Part shown: positions 62,879 to 64,000 of the stretch, piece by piece | Numbering within the stretch: position 1 is the first letter of the stretch | Layout: every line of letters begins with the position of its first letter | Source of the DNA: Ranitomeya imitator | Taxonomy: Eukaryota | Assembly: GCF_032444005.1 (NCBI RefSeq) | Contig: NC_091288.1 | Location: forward strand, 221,650,001 to 221,714,000 | DNA length: 64,000 nt | Reading direction: 5' to 3' | Made by a program: the position numbers and the translations under genes | Notes under the pieces: model-generated | What the model was told of the DNA's origin: nothing | The model's database searches: none | The model's input: only the letters and a program-made list of their open reading frames with translations

Positions 62879-64000
62879 ATTACGTCATCCATTGCAGACG
62901 ACATCTGATTTATTGTTAACCCCAAAAAGCTTCCCTAAAATATATTTTTGGATTTATTTAGTTTCGTTGGTTTCCTCATGGTAAATCGACTTGTGCATTG
63001 TGTTGGTTAATTGCTCTAGATGACTGAAGTTTTTGTTTCTGCACTTTCCATTTTTCCTCCCTTTGTGTGAAGAGAAATAACTTTTTTATTTTTCCCTGTA
63101 TCTTGCTGATGAAGGCTTGTTTCTGAGGGACGAGATGTCGTTTTGAATGACACCATTCATTTTACCATATAATGTACTGGAAAGTGAGGAAAAAATCCAA
63201 TTTTGGTGTTACTGTCTTCATTGTGTGGTTTAATGACCTGGAATCATGATTCCCTGAATTAGTGCAATTAAGAAGGGGTTGTTTAGGGCAAATTATGTTC
63301 TGAGTTAATGCACTGAGTTTCTGACGACAATTCTGATTTATGAATTCGCATTCGGTCACCATTATTATATGCGCCCACATGTCTGGGACTGTAGAGAACA
63401 TAGAAAGTCCCAGTTTTTGCCAGCAGAGCATAGACATGAGCAGTCACAGGATCAAGAAGGAGGAAAGGTAAAAGCTGTGCCAAAAAGCTTGTGTAGTAGC
63501 TAGCAAGTAGTAGGGGTGAGTAGCACAGGCTGGTAGGTGCGCTGCCCCTGAGGTTTAGAAGGGTCACATATGGTAGTTTGTTTCTGGTGGAGGAAATCAG
63601 CCCACTTAGATGAGAGTTCAGTTGAGAGAAATAAAGGGCAAGGATTTACAAAGCATAGATGCTTATCGTTACACGTAAAGAGTGTTTCTGCCAACAGGGT
63701 GGAGATTAGTTACCAAAGGTTAGAATTTGTTAAAGCAAAGAAGAGCAAAAAGTCTTATTTGTGACTGAAGTTTGCCTCCCCATAGGAGTTAGAGTGCCAA
63801 TTTTTGAGAGTGAAGAGGAGTTTGTCTTTTTTCCTAACTCATATGACAAAGCTTGTTAGAGGGTCGATATTGACTGTAAGAATGGCCGCCTCCAATAGGT
63901 GGAGCTCGAGGTCTAGTCTTCTTCCTCTCTGAAGAGGTAATTTGCATATTGAAGAGGCGCTGTCACACCAAAGACTAATGAAGTCTGATGTCTATGTGTG

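Overview
Eukaryotic, repeat-rich vertebrate DNA. The TE families (CR1, L2, T2/Kolobok-type MITEs, Penelope remnants) and the receptor array point to an anuran amphibian (inference). The window is a cluster of intronless ~300-310 aa seven-TM receptors of the bitter-taste TAS2R type. There are 5 intact ORFs (17713-18636, 20177-21094, 33386-34297, 49236-50159, 53492-54421), 1 copy broken by a single frameshift at a T6 run (6594-7513), 2 multiply disabled pseudogenes, 2 truncated fragments and at least 2 very decayed relics. Part of the array arose by tandem duplication and one pair by inverted duplication. Between the genes lie three near-identical young CR1 copies, several L2 copies, an RTE/BovB-like RT relic, an intact Tc1 (DD34E) transposon, two non-autonomous Helitrons, hAT, PIF and T2 MITEs with clean TSDs, solo LTRs and Penelope-type remnants. 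Best second-look signals: POU octamer (ATGCAAAT) motifs just upstream of most receptor starts, a minimal hammerhead-ribozyme motif in a Penelope-type insertion, and two minisatellites made of amplified L2 coding sequence. Most short ORFs in the supplied track are repeat or antisense artefacts. All alignments and counts were done by eye.
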